A stretch of 64,000 nucleotides of DNA, from positions 1 through 64,000 of IMG/VR virus record IMGVR_UViG_3300031555_003522. The stretch is one strand, 5' to 3'. Made by a program: the position numbers and the translations under genes. This DNA comes from a virus. Lineage: Duplodnaviria > Caudoviricetes. Positions 47,399 through 56,700 of the stretch are shown here, piece after piece (position 1 is the first letter of the stretch; each line of letters opens with the position of its first letter). The notes under the pieces are model-generated. The model worked only from the letters and a program-made list of their open reading frames with translations, did not search any database and had not been told where the DNA came from.

Positions 47399-47863
47399 AT
47401 GAAACAGCCATCAAAATGTATCTTACTAAGTAATATTACTATGCACCTGAGCTTTATGACCAATTATTATGATCATCTAAAGCCTACTATGACAATTGAA
47501 GCTTTCTGCAAAGAAAACATAATAGGAATTAGTCTAGAGAAAATAAGTAATATATTATCATGTGTAGGAGAAGCTATAACCAATATCAAAGAGCATGCAT
47601 ATACTGAAGAATTTCCTGGTATGGTTCATATTATTTGTAATTATAGAAATAATAATACTCTTGTAATTACAATAATTGATAATGGTTGTGGAATTCAGAA
47701 TCTTGAACAAGCATTCCAATCTGGATGGTCTAGTAAAGAGGGATTTTCTGGTATGGGTTTCACGATTATGGATTCTCTCTGTGATGAATTTGAAGTATCA
47801 ACAACCACACCTGATAAGGGTACAAAGGTTATCATGACATTTAAAGTTGGAATTAATGATTAA
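47399..47863 (+). CDS. spoIIAB: SpoIIAB/RsbW-like anti-sigma factor Ser/Thr kinase (GHKL)
   Basis: EAITN..EHAY (N-box), DNGCGI (G1), SGMGFTIM (G2, as in SpoIIAB), GTKVIM. Confidence 0.75.
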   Translation: MKQPSKCILLSNITMHLSFMTNYYDHLKPTMTIEAFCKENIIGISLEKISNILSCVGEAITNIKEHAYTEEFPGMVHIICNYRNNNTLVITIIDNGCGIQNLEQAFQSGWSSKEGFSGMGFTIMDSLCDEFEVSTTTPDKGTKVIMTFKVGIND

Positions 47864-47997
47864 TAAAATATGGTGGAGAAATTATCTCCACCATATTTTT
47901 TTTTTGTAAATTTCCTATTATAGATTTATATATTATGGGAATGGAAAATACGAAAGAATTTAAAACAAGCATAAAAATGAAAGGATGAATTAAGAAT

Positions 47998-48804
47998 ATG
48001 AATAAAGCAGCAATGACGGTTGAGAATTGTGTGATTTCTGTTGAAAGTATGACTAAACTTGATGAGATTATAATAGTTTATGCTCTTTCATCTAAATCAA
48101 ATATAGAGTATAAAACTCTTCAATTCTTTAATCTAGATAGTATTCCAGATAGAATTAAAGCGTGTATAGTAAATAGATTTGAATTCTCCAAATTGTCTGA
48201 CAGAAATATTTTGAAATTGTACTTAGAATCATTATTTGAATTAGATATAAAAGCTGCATGCGGAGATGCTCCAAGCGAAGCTGAAATATTTGAGTATCTT
48301 AATGAAAAAGACGTATTGGTTAATGTTAAAGGCATAAGTATCATACGATGTGCAATATCTACTCTAAGTTCTTTGAATAAAATAGGTATTAAGAGTATAG
48401 ATGGCTTATCTATATTAGAATACATGAGATACATGAATTTTTATTATGTAAATAAGAAATTCATTAATGCATTCTTCAGCAGCAAATATTTTATATTAGA
48501 AGATAACGGTAATATAGAAAATATAATTGGATATAGATTGTCTTCCAAATACAATATCAATGGTTCAGATATATCGAGACATATATTGAATTTCATCATC
48601 TTTATTAGTGATGGGATAAAATCATCATATAGTAATAAGAGATATCTAGATATCCTTGATAATATAGTCACAAATATGACAAGAATTATGCCAGACAAAG
48701 AAATATTAACTATTGTTGAATGCTTTTTAATAGATCTTCATAGGAATTGCTATTTACTTGAAGTTCAAAGAATGATAGATATGATAGAGGTTTGCAATAT
48801 ATAA
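47998..48804 (+). CDS. hypothetical early protein
   Basis: TATATTAT 47929-47936; 268 aa. Confidence 0.65.
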   Translation: MNKAAMTVENCVISVESMTKLDEIIIVYALSSKSNIEYKTLQFFNLDSIPDRIKACIVNRFEFSKLSDRNILKLYLESLFELDIKAACGDAPSEAEIFEYLNEKDVLVNVKGISIIRCAISTLSSLNKIGIKSIDGLSILEYMRYMNFYYVNKKFINAFFSSKYFILEDNGNIENIIGYRLSSKYNINGSDISRHILNFIIFISDGIKSSYSNKRYLDILDNIVTNMTRIMPDKEILTIVECFLIDLHRNCYLLEVQRMIDMIEVCNI

Positions 48805-48817
48805 AGGAGTAATTTAT

Positions 48818-48967
48818 ATGGATGTGTTTGAAAGAATGATGGAAATACTTATTGATGACCCAGATATTACAAGTAATGAGATAACCAAAATCCTTATCAG
48901 TGAAGGATTTATGGTTAGTCAGGAGAGAATATCCAAATTCATGAAATTAGCTGGATTAGAGGATTAA
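48818..48967 (+). CDS. 49-aa helix-turn-helix-like protein (not in ORF track)
   Basis: AAGGAG RBS; MDVFERMMEILIDDPDITSNEITKILISEGFMVSQERISKFMKLAGLED; terminator follows. Confidence 0.6.
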   Translation: MDVFERMMEILIDDPDITSNEITKILISEGFMVSQERISKFMKLAGLED

Positions 48968-49052
48968 TAGAGGTATCATGTGATACCTCTTATTTTTTTT
49001 TATTTATATGAATTGCTACTATAAAATAATATTACAAAAAAGAGGGTATATT

Positions 49053-49478
49053 ATGTCAAAGGAAATTATCTGTATTTGTGGAAGCACAAAATTTAAAGAT
49101 AAAATTATTCAAGTTCAAAGAGAACTAACTCTTCAAGGGTATATAGTTATCGGTATGCATCTATTCTCTCAAGATGAAAGAATAAAGCTTACCGAGGAGC
49201 AACTTTATATGCTTAAAGAAAAGCATAAATTTAAGATAGATATGAGCGAAGCCATTTATGTTGTAAACCCAGATGGCTATGTAGGAGATTCTACTAAAGA
49301 AGAAATTATGTATGCTATATCTAAAGGTAAAAAGATTATGTCTTTAGAACCTTTAGAAATACCAAAAAGTGCAATTTCAAAAAATAAGAATATTAATGAT
49401 AATACTGTGATTATACTATTATTTGCTGGGTTCATATTAACCCTTATTACAATATTATGGTATTATGTATTACATTAA
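49053..49478 (+). CDS. nucleoside deoxyribosyltransferase-like (DUF4406-type) protein with C-terminal TM
   Basis: ICICGSTKF..KID.SEAIYVVN.DGYVG.ST..EI.YA..GK. Confidence 0.55.
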   Translation: MSKEIICICGSTKFKDKIIQVQRELTLQGYIVIGMHLFSQDERIKLTEEQLYMLKEKHKFKIDMSEAIYVVNPDGYVGDSTKEEIMYAISKGKKIMSLEPLEIPKSAISKNKNINDNTVIILLFAGFILTLITILWYYVLH

Positions 49479-49491
49479 GAAAGGAAATAAT

Positions 49492-49854
49492 ATGAATTTT
49501 CAATCAGTAACATTAGGAAGTTTCTTAGCTTTATTTGCTGGAGATCCTCCAGCAGCTTCTATATCTAGTTTAATAAATACAAATAATTCAAGTTTTCCAG
49601 AAAAATATAGATGTTTTCATGAGCGTCCAGCTTCTCTTTTTGTAGAAATAATGAAGAATAATGATGAGGAATTATTTAATAGAAAGATTAAAAGAATACT
49701 TCTATTACCAGTAGATATGGATATAGATAATATTCATATCTACCAAGATAAATATGACTTCTATATTAATTTTAATTCAGGATTTATAGACAAAAAGACA
49801 GAAAATGTCTTATGTCCAGCCATACATATAATTCTAGAAGATGAATCTGTATAA
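49492..49854 (+). CDS. hypothetical protein
   Basis: AAGGA RBS before ATG 49492. Confidence 0.6.
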   Translation: MNFQSVTLGSFLALFAGDPPAASISSLINTNNSSFPEKYRCFHERPASLFVEIMKNNDEELFNRKIKRILLLPVDMDIDNIHIYQDKYDFYINFNSGFIDKKTENVLCPAIHIILEDESV

Positions 49855-49925
49855 GATTTCTTTTTGTCTATATATTATATTTATGAGTACAATTGCATAA
49901 GCAATTTAAAAAAGGAGAATGAAAA

Positions 49926-50507
49926 ATGGAACACAAGAAAGTTGTACACATCAAAGCAAAGATCAAACCTCAGATGCCCACAACATCTGATATGGGATCT
50001 TTATCTAAGGAAACTGATAAAAAAGACATGCAATCAGTTACACAGCCCATGTACATATATACAGATACAATCTGTATATATGTAAATATTCATAGCATCA
50101 ACCAATGCTGTCAATATGAAGTAGCTACCGAAAATGTAGAACGAGCATTATTTGAAACTTATGGCGTTAGTAGCCTTGAAATTTGTTCTGATATTACATA
50201 TACCATTCCTGAGTTTGGTAGATGTATATTTTTAAAGATCAGCTTCAGACATCTTCATATGCTTATGGAAGAGTATGCGAAGAAATATTATTCTTTTGAA
50301 TATGATGTAATTTTCAATCATGGTACTCTAGAAGATGTATCAGATCTTGACAATGATAAATATGATACAGTTGTTAAGATTGATAGAAGGGTGGTTGGAG
50401 AAGAAGCATTCAAAGCTATCGCTAGAATGTATATCGGAAAAGATGTAGATATTAGCGATATTGGATATATTCAGATTCAAGCACCTGTTGTAGAATACGG
50501 TAAATAA
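49926..50507 (+). CDS. hypothetical early protein
   Basis: TATATTAT 49871-49878, AAGGAG RBS, hairpin after the stop. Confidence 0.65.
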   Translation: MEHKKVVHIKAKIKPQMPTTSDMGSLSKETDKKDMQSVTQPMYIYTDTICIYVNIHSINQCCQYEVATENVERALFETYGVSSLEICSDITYTIPEFGRCIFLKISFRHLHMLMEEYAKKYYSFEYDVIFNHGTLEDVSDLDNDKYDTVVKIDRRVVGEEAFKAIARMYIGKDVDISDIGYIQIQAPVVEYGK

Positions 50508-50566
50508 TATTAATACTCTAGAGGGAATCCTCCCTCTAGAGTGTATTTTAGAAAAGGAGATATATT

Positions 50567-51223
50567 ATGTCAACGATGCTGTTAAGCCACTTGCTATCAT
50601 TTATTGATAGATGGAGTGTAGTACATATACACAGCAAATCCATTGATATCTACCGTAAAGTACAGGATATAATGAACGATAAAGAGTTCGATGGACTTGT
50701 CGTAAGATCTACTTTCTGTTCAGCGTTAGACTATAATAGTATCGGAATCGAAATATTCGATTCCGTGAAACTCACCGGTGAAGAGATTGAAACTTATAAG
50801 ATGAAACACAATCTCACGTTTGATATTAAATTCCTTGTAGAGGATCTCCACTTTGGAGCTCGTGAAGTTGTTGTAAGAACAAATTCTTCTTATATATTCA
50901 TCGGTAGTTATGAAGAATTCATTAAGAATCTAGAGTGCTATAAAAACAGAAAAATCATTAGCTTAAAGAGACTCCATATCGGAGAATCTGAAAAGAATGT
51001 AATAGAGATTGTGGTTGAGGAAGAAATACCTAGGTTGAAGATTCGCCATATTCTTCCTTATCTACATGATTCCGATGAAATCGTTATAATGGATTGGGAT
51101 AAGGATTGGTTGTATTGTGGTAATACAAATAAGATTGAGGGAGATATTCTTGATAGATATATCGATAAGATCTTAGACACAGCTTATCCAAACCGTTTGG
51201 GAATCTTACTTAAACACAAATAA
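50567..51223 (+). CDS. hypothetical protein, three tandem ~70-aa modules
   Basis: AAGGAG RBS; repeated hydrophobic pattern. Confidence 0.65.
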   Translation: MSTMLLSHLLSFIDRWSVVHIHSKSIDIYRKVQDIMNDKEFDGLVVRSTFCSALDYNSIGIEIFDSVKLTGEEIETYKMKHNLTFDIKFLVEDLHFGAREVVVRTNSSYIFIGSYEEFIKNLECYKNRKIISLKRLHIGESEKNVIEIVVEEEIPRLKIRHILPYLHDSDEIVIMDWDKDWLYCGNTNKIEGDILDRYIDKILDTAYPNRLGILLKHK

Positions 51224-51233
51224 GGAGAATAAT

Positions 51234-51896
51234 ATGAAAGCAAAAGAATATGCTCAGAAGCTGTTTGAGCTTGTAGAAAATCAAGATGAATTTGAAAATT
51301 TTCTTGAGAAGAGTTTGAAAGAATTTTGCGCAGAAGCTGACAAGCTGATTAAGATTCGTAGAGCTAAATCTGATGAGTCTGTTGCAGCATGCATCAATGA
51401 ATTAAACCAGAAGTGGATTGCTCTTGTAAACCACTATAAAAAGCTCATGAATAATGAATATGAGGGATGGGAAAAGCATATATTTCCTACACTTCTTGAG
51501 GATGGTTTCAAATCCGCATACGTACTTACTCATCCCAATCGTGGATGGTACTTCGATATCAAGCGGCATAAGAAGTTTATCGAAGAAGAAACTGCTGCTA
51601 GAGAAGCTCAAAATAGGAGGATAGCAACACAGAAATTCACTCCGTATGCTGTTACTCCTTATGAACAGCTTACCATGGATAATATCACTCAAGAGATTAT
51701 GTGTTGTCTTATGGCTCTTGGAAATTATGCGAATATGGGATTTCCACCTCAGTCTATTAGACCTCTTGCATTTAGAATCACTCTCCTCAGATACTGGAAG
51801 GAGAAAGGAGAAATCAATTTGGAAGATGTCAAGACTATGGAGAGTTACGAAGATCCTAGAAAATTCTTTAAAGAAAGAGGGTTTAATCCTGCATGA
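51234..51896 (+). CDS. hypothetical protein
   Basis: AAGGAG RBS; 220 aa. Confidence 0.7.
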   Translation: MKAKEYAQKLFELVENQDEFENFLEKSLKEFCAEADKLIKIRRAKSDESVAACINELNQKWIALVNHYKKLMNNEYEGWEKHIFPTLLEDGFKSAYVLTHPNRGWYFDIKRHKKFIEEETAAREAQNRRIATQKFTPYAVTPYEQLTMDNITQEIMCCLMALGNYANMGFPPQSIRPLAFRITLLRYWKEKGEINLEDVKTMESYEDPRKFFKERGFNPA

Positions 51897-52216
51897 ATGA
51901 ATTTAATCCTAATAGAAAAAGATTACCTATATGGCCTTCTGAATGTTATGGTAATACAAGGGATAAAAGAAAACATATCGAAGGTTATGAGGTTATTTAT
52001 TCATCTAACTTTCGCATTACAAGCATATTAAGAATTCTAAAGAAAGCACATAAGTTCGAATCTTCTGGAAAGGGATATGTGACTTTTGATAAAGCATTCG
52101 ATATCCATAATAAAAGACTCCCACTATATATCAATATGACTGTATTTATTAGAAAATCGCATATAGATACAACTGCAAAGCGTCATAATGAATTTATATG
52201 GTGGATAAAAAATTAA
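51893..52216 (+). CDS. hypothetical protein
   Basis: ATGA overlap with the upstream gene. Confidence 0.6.
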   Translation: MNEFNPNRKRLPIWPSECYGNTRDKRKHIEGYEVIYSSNFRITSILRILKKAHKFESSGKGYVTFDKAFDIHNKRLPLYINMTVFIRKSHIDTTAKRHNEFIWWIKN

Positions 52217-52228
52217 CTGAGGTATAAA

Positions 52229-52546
52229 ATGAGCAAATCAAGTATACGAATAGAAACCTATGTATATTTTGGTGTCGAAAGACACAGCATTCAATTCCAT
52301 ATTTCTGATGAATTTGATGAGGAAAAAATTAAGAAATGTAGATATCTATGTCAATATGTTATATCGAGTGCTACATGTGGCGGAATTGGTGCGCTTAATG
52401 GTGATTCCCTTACATTATCTTCTAATACATCACCAGTTATAATCCTAACAGGACTTACAAAAAAGGTAGTAAGAGAGCTTGCTGAATGCATTAAAAATAT
52501 TATAGATGCCGAGACAATAGAGGAGGTAGAAGTCGATGCAAGATGA
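52229..52546 (+). CDS. hypothetical protein
   Basis: GAGGT RBS. Confidence 0.6.
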   Translation: MSKSSIRIETYVYFGVERHSIQFHISDEFDEEKIKKCRYLCQYVISSATCGGIGALNGDSLTLSSNTSPVIILTGLTKKVVRELAECIKNIIDAETIEEVEVDAR

Positions 52547-52760
52547 AAAAGTAATTAGTCAGCCTATCAAAAGAATAGATAAGATATCTAAACTTCTAGA
52601 ACCGAATGAAAGAAAAATATCTACTTGCTATTTCTGTGGAATAAAAGGCAAATCAGCATATAAAGTGGATATAACCGATACTAATGTATCTCCGGTATCT
52701 TTCAAAGGTTCATGCTGTAGAAGATGCATGAAGGTAATTCCACGTAAAACTGTTGTATAA
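52536..52760 (+). CDS. small Zn-binding protein (CxxC..CxxC)
   Basis: GGAGG RBS; CYFC and CRRC; terminator 52763-52805. Confidence 0.6.
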   Translation: MQDEKVISQPIKRIDKISKLLEPNERKISTCYFCGIKGKSAYKVDITDTNVSPVSFKGSCCRRCMKVIPRKTVV

Positions 52761-52867
52761 AGAAAAGGGTAAGAGGTTTTATACTTCTTACCCTTCTTTT
52801 TTTTTATTTTTATTAGCCCTTTAACTATTACAATAAGTATTTTAAGGTGGTGATTTTAGAAGTGGAT

Positions 52868-53674
52868 ATGACTTTTCAACAATACATAGATAATCCTATG
52901 GGAAAAAAGAATGCAGTATTCTCCCAAAGAGACCTGTATAAAACTATGTACGTAGAAAAATTTGACAAGTTACTTCTAAGAGAGGCTGGTAAAATAGATT
53001 ATACGTTATATATAGATAAAAAGAAGGATCGATATGCTATCCACATTAAAATACCTTCTGAAACTGTAAAAGATTTCTATTATGACGCAGTAATTCTATT
53101 TTATACAAACGATGCCGCATCTAATGCATCGCCCAACCTACAGGGGTACAAAGTCAAGTTTTTCTCTAATGACCCCGCATTTGTCTTTACTTATCTAAGA
53201 GTTTTTCTTAAGCATGATCTTTTCTTAGAAGACCTTAAGCCTAAAGCATCTAAACTTGCTTTGACCAAAGATCCTAAAGAAAAGAATCCTTATGAAGTTC
53301 CTGGATATAGCAAAATTCTCTATTTTGCATATCTTTATATGAAAGCAAAGAATCTGTTTGCTAAACATATGTATCAGTCATATGGGGTCCCGTATGACCC
53401 TAAAGTTTTGGTACAGAAAGTAGAGCATACAGATAAAAAGATTGCTGATAGACAAAGGCTTGGTGAAGAACAAGCCAAAGCTTCTGCTAGAGAGGCTAAA
53501 GCTCAGAGAATCGCGACCAATCAGTCTAGAAATCTGAGTTCCAAATCTGGCAATGTTATAGGAACAAAAAGAATTGGAGAAACACCTGGTAACGTGACGG
53601 CAACACGTAAAGTAGGTTCGGTAAAAACAACTAAACGAACACCGTTTAGTTCGTTTTCCTCAAAGAAGAAATGA
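52868..53674 (+). CDS. conserved jumbo-phage protein with basic tail
   Basis: KIPSE..YD..I.F..VKFFSN.PAFVFTY motif; start 52847 or 52868. Confidence 0.6.
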   Translation: MTFQQYIDNPMGKKNAVFSQRDLYKTMYVEKFDKLLLREAGKIDYTLYIDKKKDRYAIHIKIPSETVKDFYYDAVILFYTNDAASNASPNLQGYKVKFFSNDPAFVFTYLRVFLKHDLFLEDLKPKASKLALTKDPKEKNPYEVPGYSKILYFAYLYMKAKNLFAKHMYQSYGVPYDPKVLVQKVEHTDKKIADRQRLGEEQAKASAREAKAQRIATNQSRNLSSKSGNVIGTKRIGETPGNVTATRKVGSVKTTKRTPFSSFSSKKK

Positions 53675-53678
53675 GCCA

Positions 53679-53686
53679 TATATTAT
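53679..53686 (+). promoter_or_regulatory. early promoter TATATTAT
   Basis: Same octamer at 23963, 35562(-), 47929, 49871, 58095, 60480, 61283, 62668 and 63479, mostly just after terminators; resembles the phiKZ early motif TATATTAC. Confidence 0.65.
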
Positions 53687-53717
53687 ACTAGTGATCAATA
53701 TACAGGAGGTTAAAAAC

Positions 53718-56700
53718 ATGGGCCAACAAAAGGAATTAATGGAGGCTATGGAGTTCTTTGATCCCATACCATTTCAATATGTGGATGAATGGACACCTGG
53801 TCCGGACGATGAAGTCTTTAAAACTACTCGAGGCGCAATAATGTTAGATGTATCTGGTTTCTATGGGATGGAACCAAACCCACAGCTAGATGCATTTGTA
53901 TTGAGTGCTAAGAGGTCTTATAATAATCCTGATATGAGGACCCATACGTGCCATTACCTGAACTATTTTGAAAAATTCTATGATACTGATCACGAATTAC
54001 CAATGATTTATTGTAGATTAAAGTATCTCATTGATTGTGAACCTGCTTATAGTAGAGAGGCATTTATTTACGATCTTTATCGTTATATTATGCATGGATC
54101 TATCTATACAAAGGTTAGCTATATGAATGATGCTAACTACAGTCTATCATTAACCTATAAAAACGTGAAGAATCCTAATCTTCAATATAGTGATTGAGAA
54201 CAGTCACCTCGATATAGAAATATAGCGAGTAAAACTCCTCTAATTGCTGGAAACTCGTAAAGCTCATCTGCTACGGATATGGGAAACGAAAAAGGGAGTA
54301 CCTATCCTACAGAGACGAAAGTCAGAAACAAGTGATGAGATGATCTATGAGGAAACTCTAAGGGTTTAGCCATCAATCGACAACCAGCAGCCAAGCAAAT
54401 TAAGCTACGCAAACTAGCTTCGGATTATTTTAAACATATATTCGCCGGTATGATGGAATTGGTAAGACATAAGAGACTTAAAATCTCTCGGATTAAGTTC
54501 CGTACCGGTTCGAGTCCGGTTACCGGCACCAACCTATTTATAGATTCTGTGGTTATGAATCTATACCAAAATATAATCCACATACTTAACCAGCGTAGCC
54601 AAGTTGAAGGTTCAACGACTATCGAAAGGATAGTGCGACATGCTTGCAACGCATGTGCATGAATAACCGAGTAGAGTAGGGCTCGAGCGAGCTCGAAATG
54701 GGGAGCACCTTAGCGGATAAGTGCCGAAGGTGAAGATATAGTCTGGACTATGGGTAATGCCTATAGAAGTTCATTAAAGAACTGCGCACCAAAAGCGACG
54801 TGCGTGAACATCTCGAGGCATGGACGGATAATGATGAAAGTATCAGTCCTCATGAATATAATTATCCCTCTTATGTGTCATTTTATGTATGCGCGTAAGA
54901 TTGATAATACAACTGAGTTTATTCTCGCTGTCTACGACGTACTTATTGATCAGTATGACGTAGATATATACAATAAGCTGTACGAAACGGCTATCTCTAA
55001 TGTCTTACGTACAGCAAAAAGAAATCAAGCAATCTGGAATATGCAAGATATTCGTGGTATCAATACTAGTATCCACAGTCTACAGTCAGTACAGAATGTC
55101 TTGATAAATATAATGCCTTAACCAAACTAGGGCCATATGATAGCAATATCATATAGCAAACTCCTTTAATTGCTGGGAACTCTCACTGAGACAATCAGCA
55201 GCGAAGCCTCTATATGGGGAACGTTCAACGACTATCGAAAGGATAATGTAAGAGAAATACTTACATGAATAACCGAGTAGAGTAGGATTTATGTCCGAAA
55301 TGGGGAGCATCTTAAATATGGTAATAGTATTTGAGATGAAGATATAGTCTACTCCTTGCAGCGATGTAAGGTATACAGGAAATATAGGTACGATGGAAAT
55401 TTGTGACAAAGTTTCCTCATGTGGGAACACATGATCCAACAAGCTCTCTAATTGCTGGGAACTCTCACTGAGACAATCAGCAGCGAAGCCTCTATATGAG
55501 GAACGTTCAACGACTAGTCGAAAGACGTAGGTTCAAGCGAACCGAAATGGGAGCCACCCCAATGCTTAATAAATAAGTAATGGGTGAAGATATAGTCTGG
55601 TCTGCATGGCAACATGCAGTAGTTCATAAGAGAACAGTGTAAGATTAGCGATCTTACACGAACAACCGCTTGTCCATCTCAACTACAAGTCAATTTTACG
55701 AAATACTGGATTTCAGGTTCTGGATAATCATTTAAATGTCCACATACATGGTAACATGTATAGTAAAACTTCTTTAATTGCTGGAAGGCTAAACTTGATT
55801 AAGCAAGCATGCTAATCAGCAGCCAAGATGTTAATTTAATGATTCGGAGAGTATCTAAAATGATGACTTATGATTTTTCCAATTATTCTTATAATGGACT
55901 TCAAGTCCCTATAGAATTTTGGAAACCCATTACAGAAGAAATGGTTCCAAATGTGAAACCAATATACTTTGTAAGTAATATAGGAAATATTTATAATTCT
56001 GAGAATAATAAATATTCTATAATTACACTAAAAGCTGGTAGATATGTACAGGTTAGTCTTCGTACTAAAGATGGAGGACAAATCTGTATTCATATTCATA
56101 GATTAGTGGCCATGGCATTTCATGGAATGCCACCATCTAAAGACCATGAAGTAGATCATGTAAATTGCGATAAAACCTGTAATTTTGAGGGTAATCTTGA
56201 ATGGGTAACCCCAAAAGAAAATATAAATAGAGCTTGCATAAATAATTTGATTAGGATGGGTGAAGATAATTATAGAGCTATCTTAACCAATGATGATGTA
56301 ACTCATTTATGTGAATTACTAATGCAATCCATTCCTATCTCTAAAATATGTACTATGATGGAAGAGTATATCTATCCTAGAGTATATAGCAGCGGATTTA
56401 AAGGCTTAATAGGTCATATATTATGTGGAGATGTATGGAAAGAAATCGCAAGTCAATACAATTTTCCAGATTACGGTAGATTAAATTTTACCGATGATCA
56501 AGTTCGTATAATATGCGAATGCCTGAGCAGACAGGAACGATATATAGACATTCTTGATAAACTCGGTATGAGCAACTGTACAGAGCAGGAATTGAAGAGA
56601 CTAAAAGAGACTATATATAAGATCAAAGCAGGTAAGTCTTATGCTAATATTTCTTGTAATTACAATATTACAAGAAATAAGAGTTATATACTTACAAATA

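Noticed and set aside
54532-54600. Theta (HDV-like) ribozyme at the tRNA 3' end
   Set aside because: The sequence after the tRNA does not begin a G-initiated nested double pseudoknot, and CCA is already encoded
54425-55442. ORFs 54425-54649(-), 54450-54662(+), 55149-55442(-), the first 22 codons of 54750, and 57331-57573(-)
   Set aside because: They overlap tRNA or intron core sequence, have no RBS and read as translated RNA structure
55119-55668. Nested intron (twintron) or simple tandem duplication
   Set aside because: A 21-nt in-frame exon (55380-55400) with its own P1 separates two complete cores, so these are two serial introns
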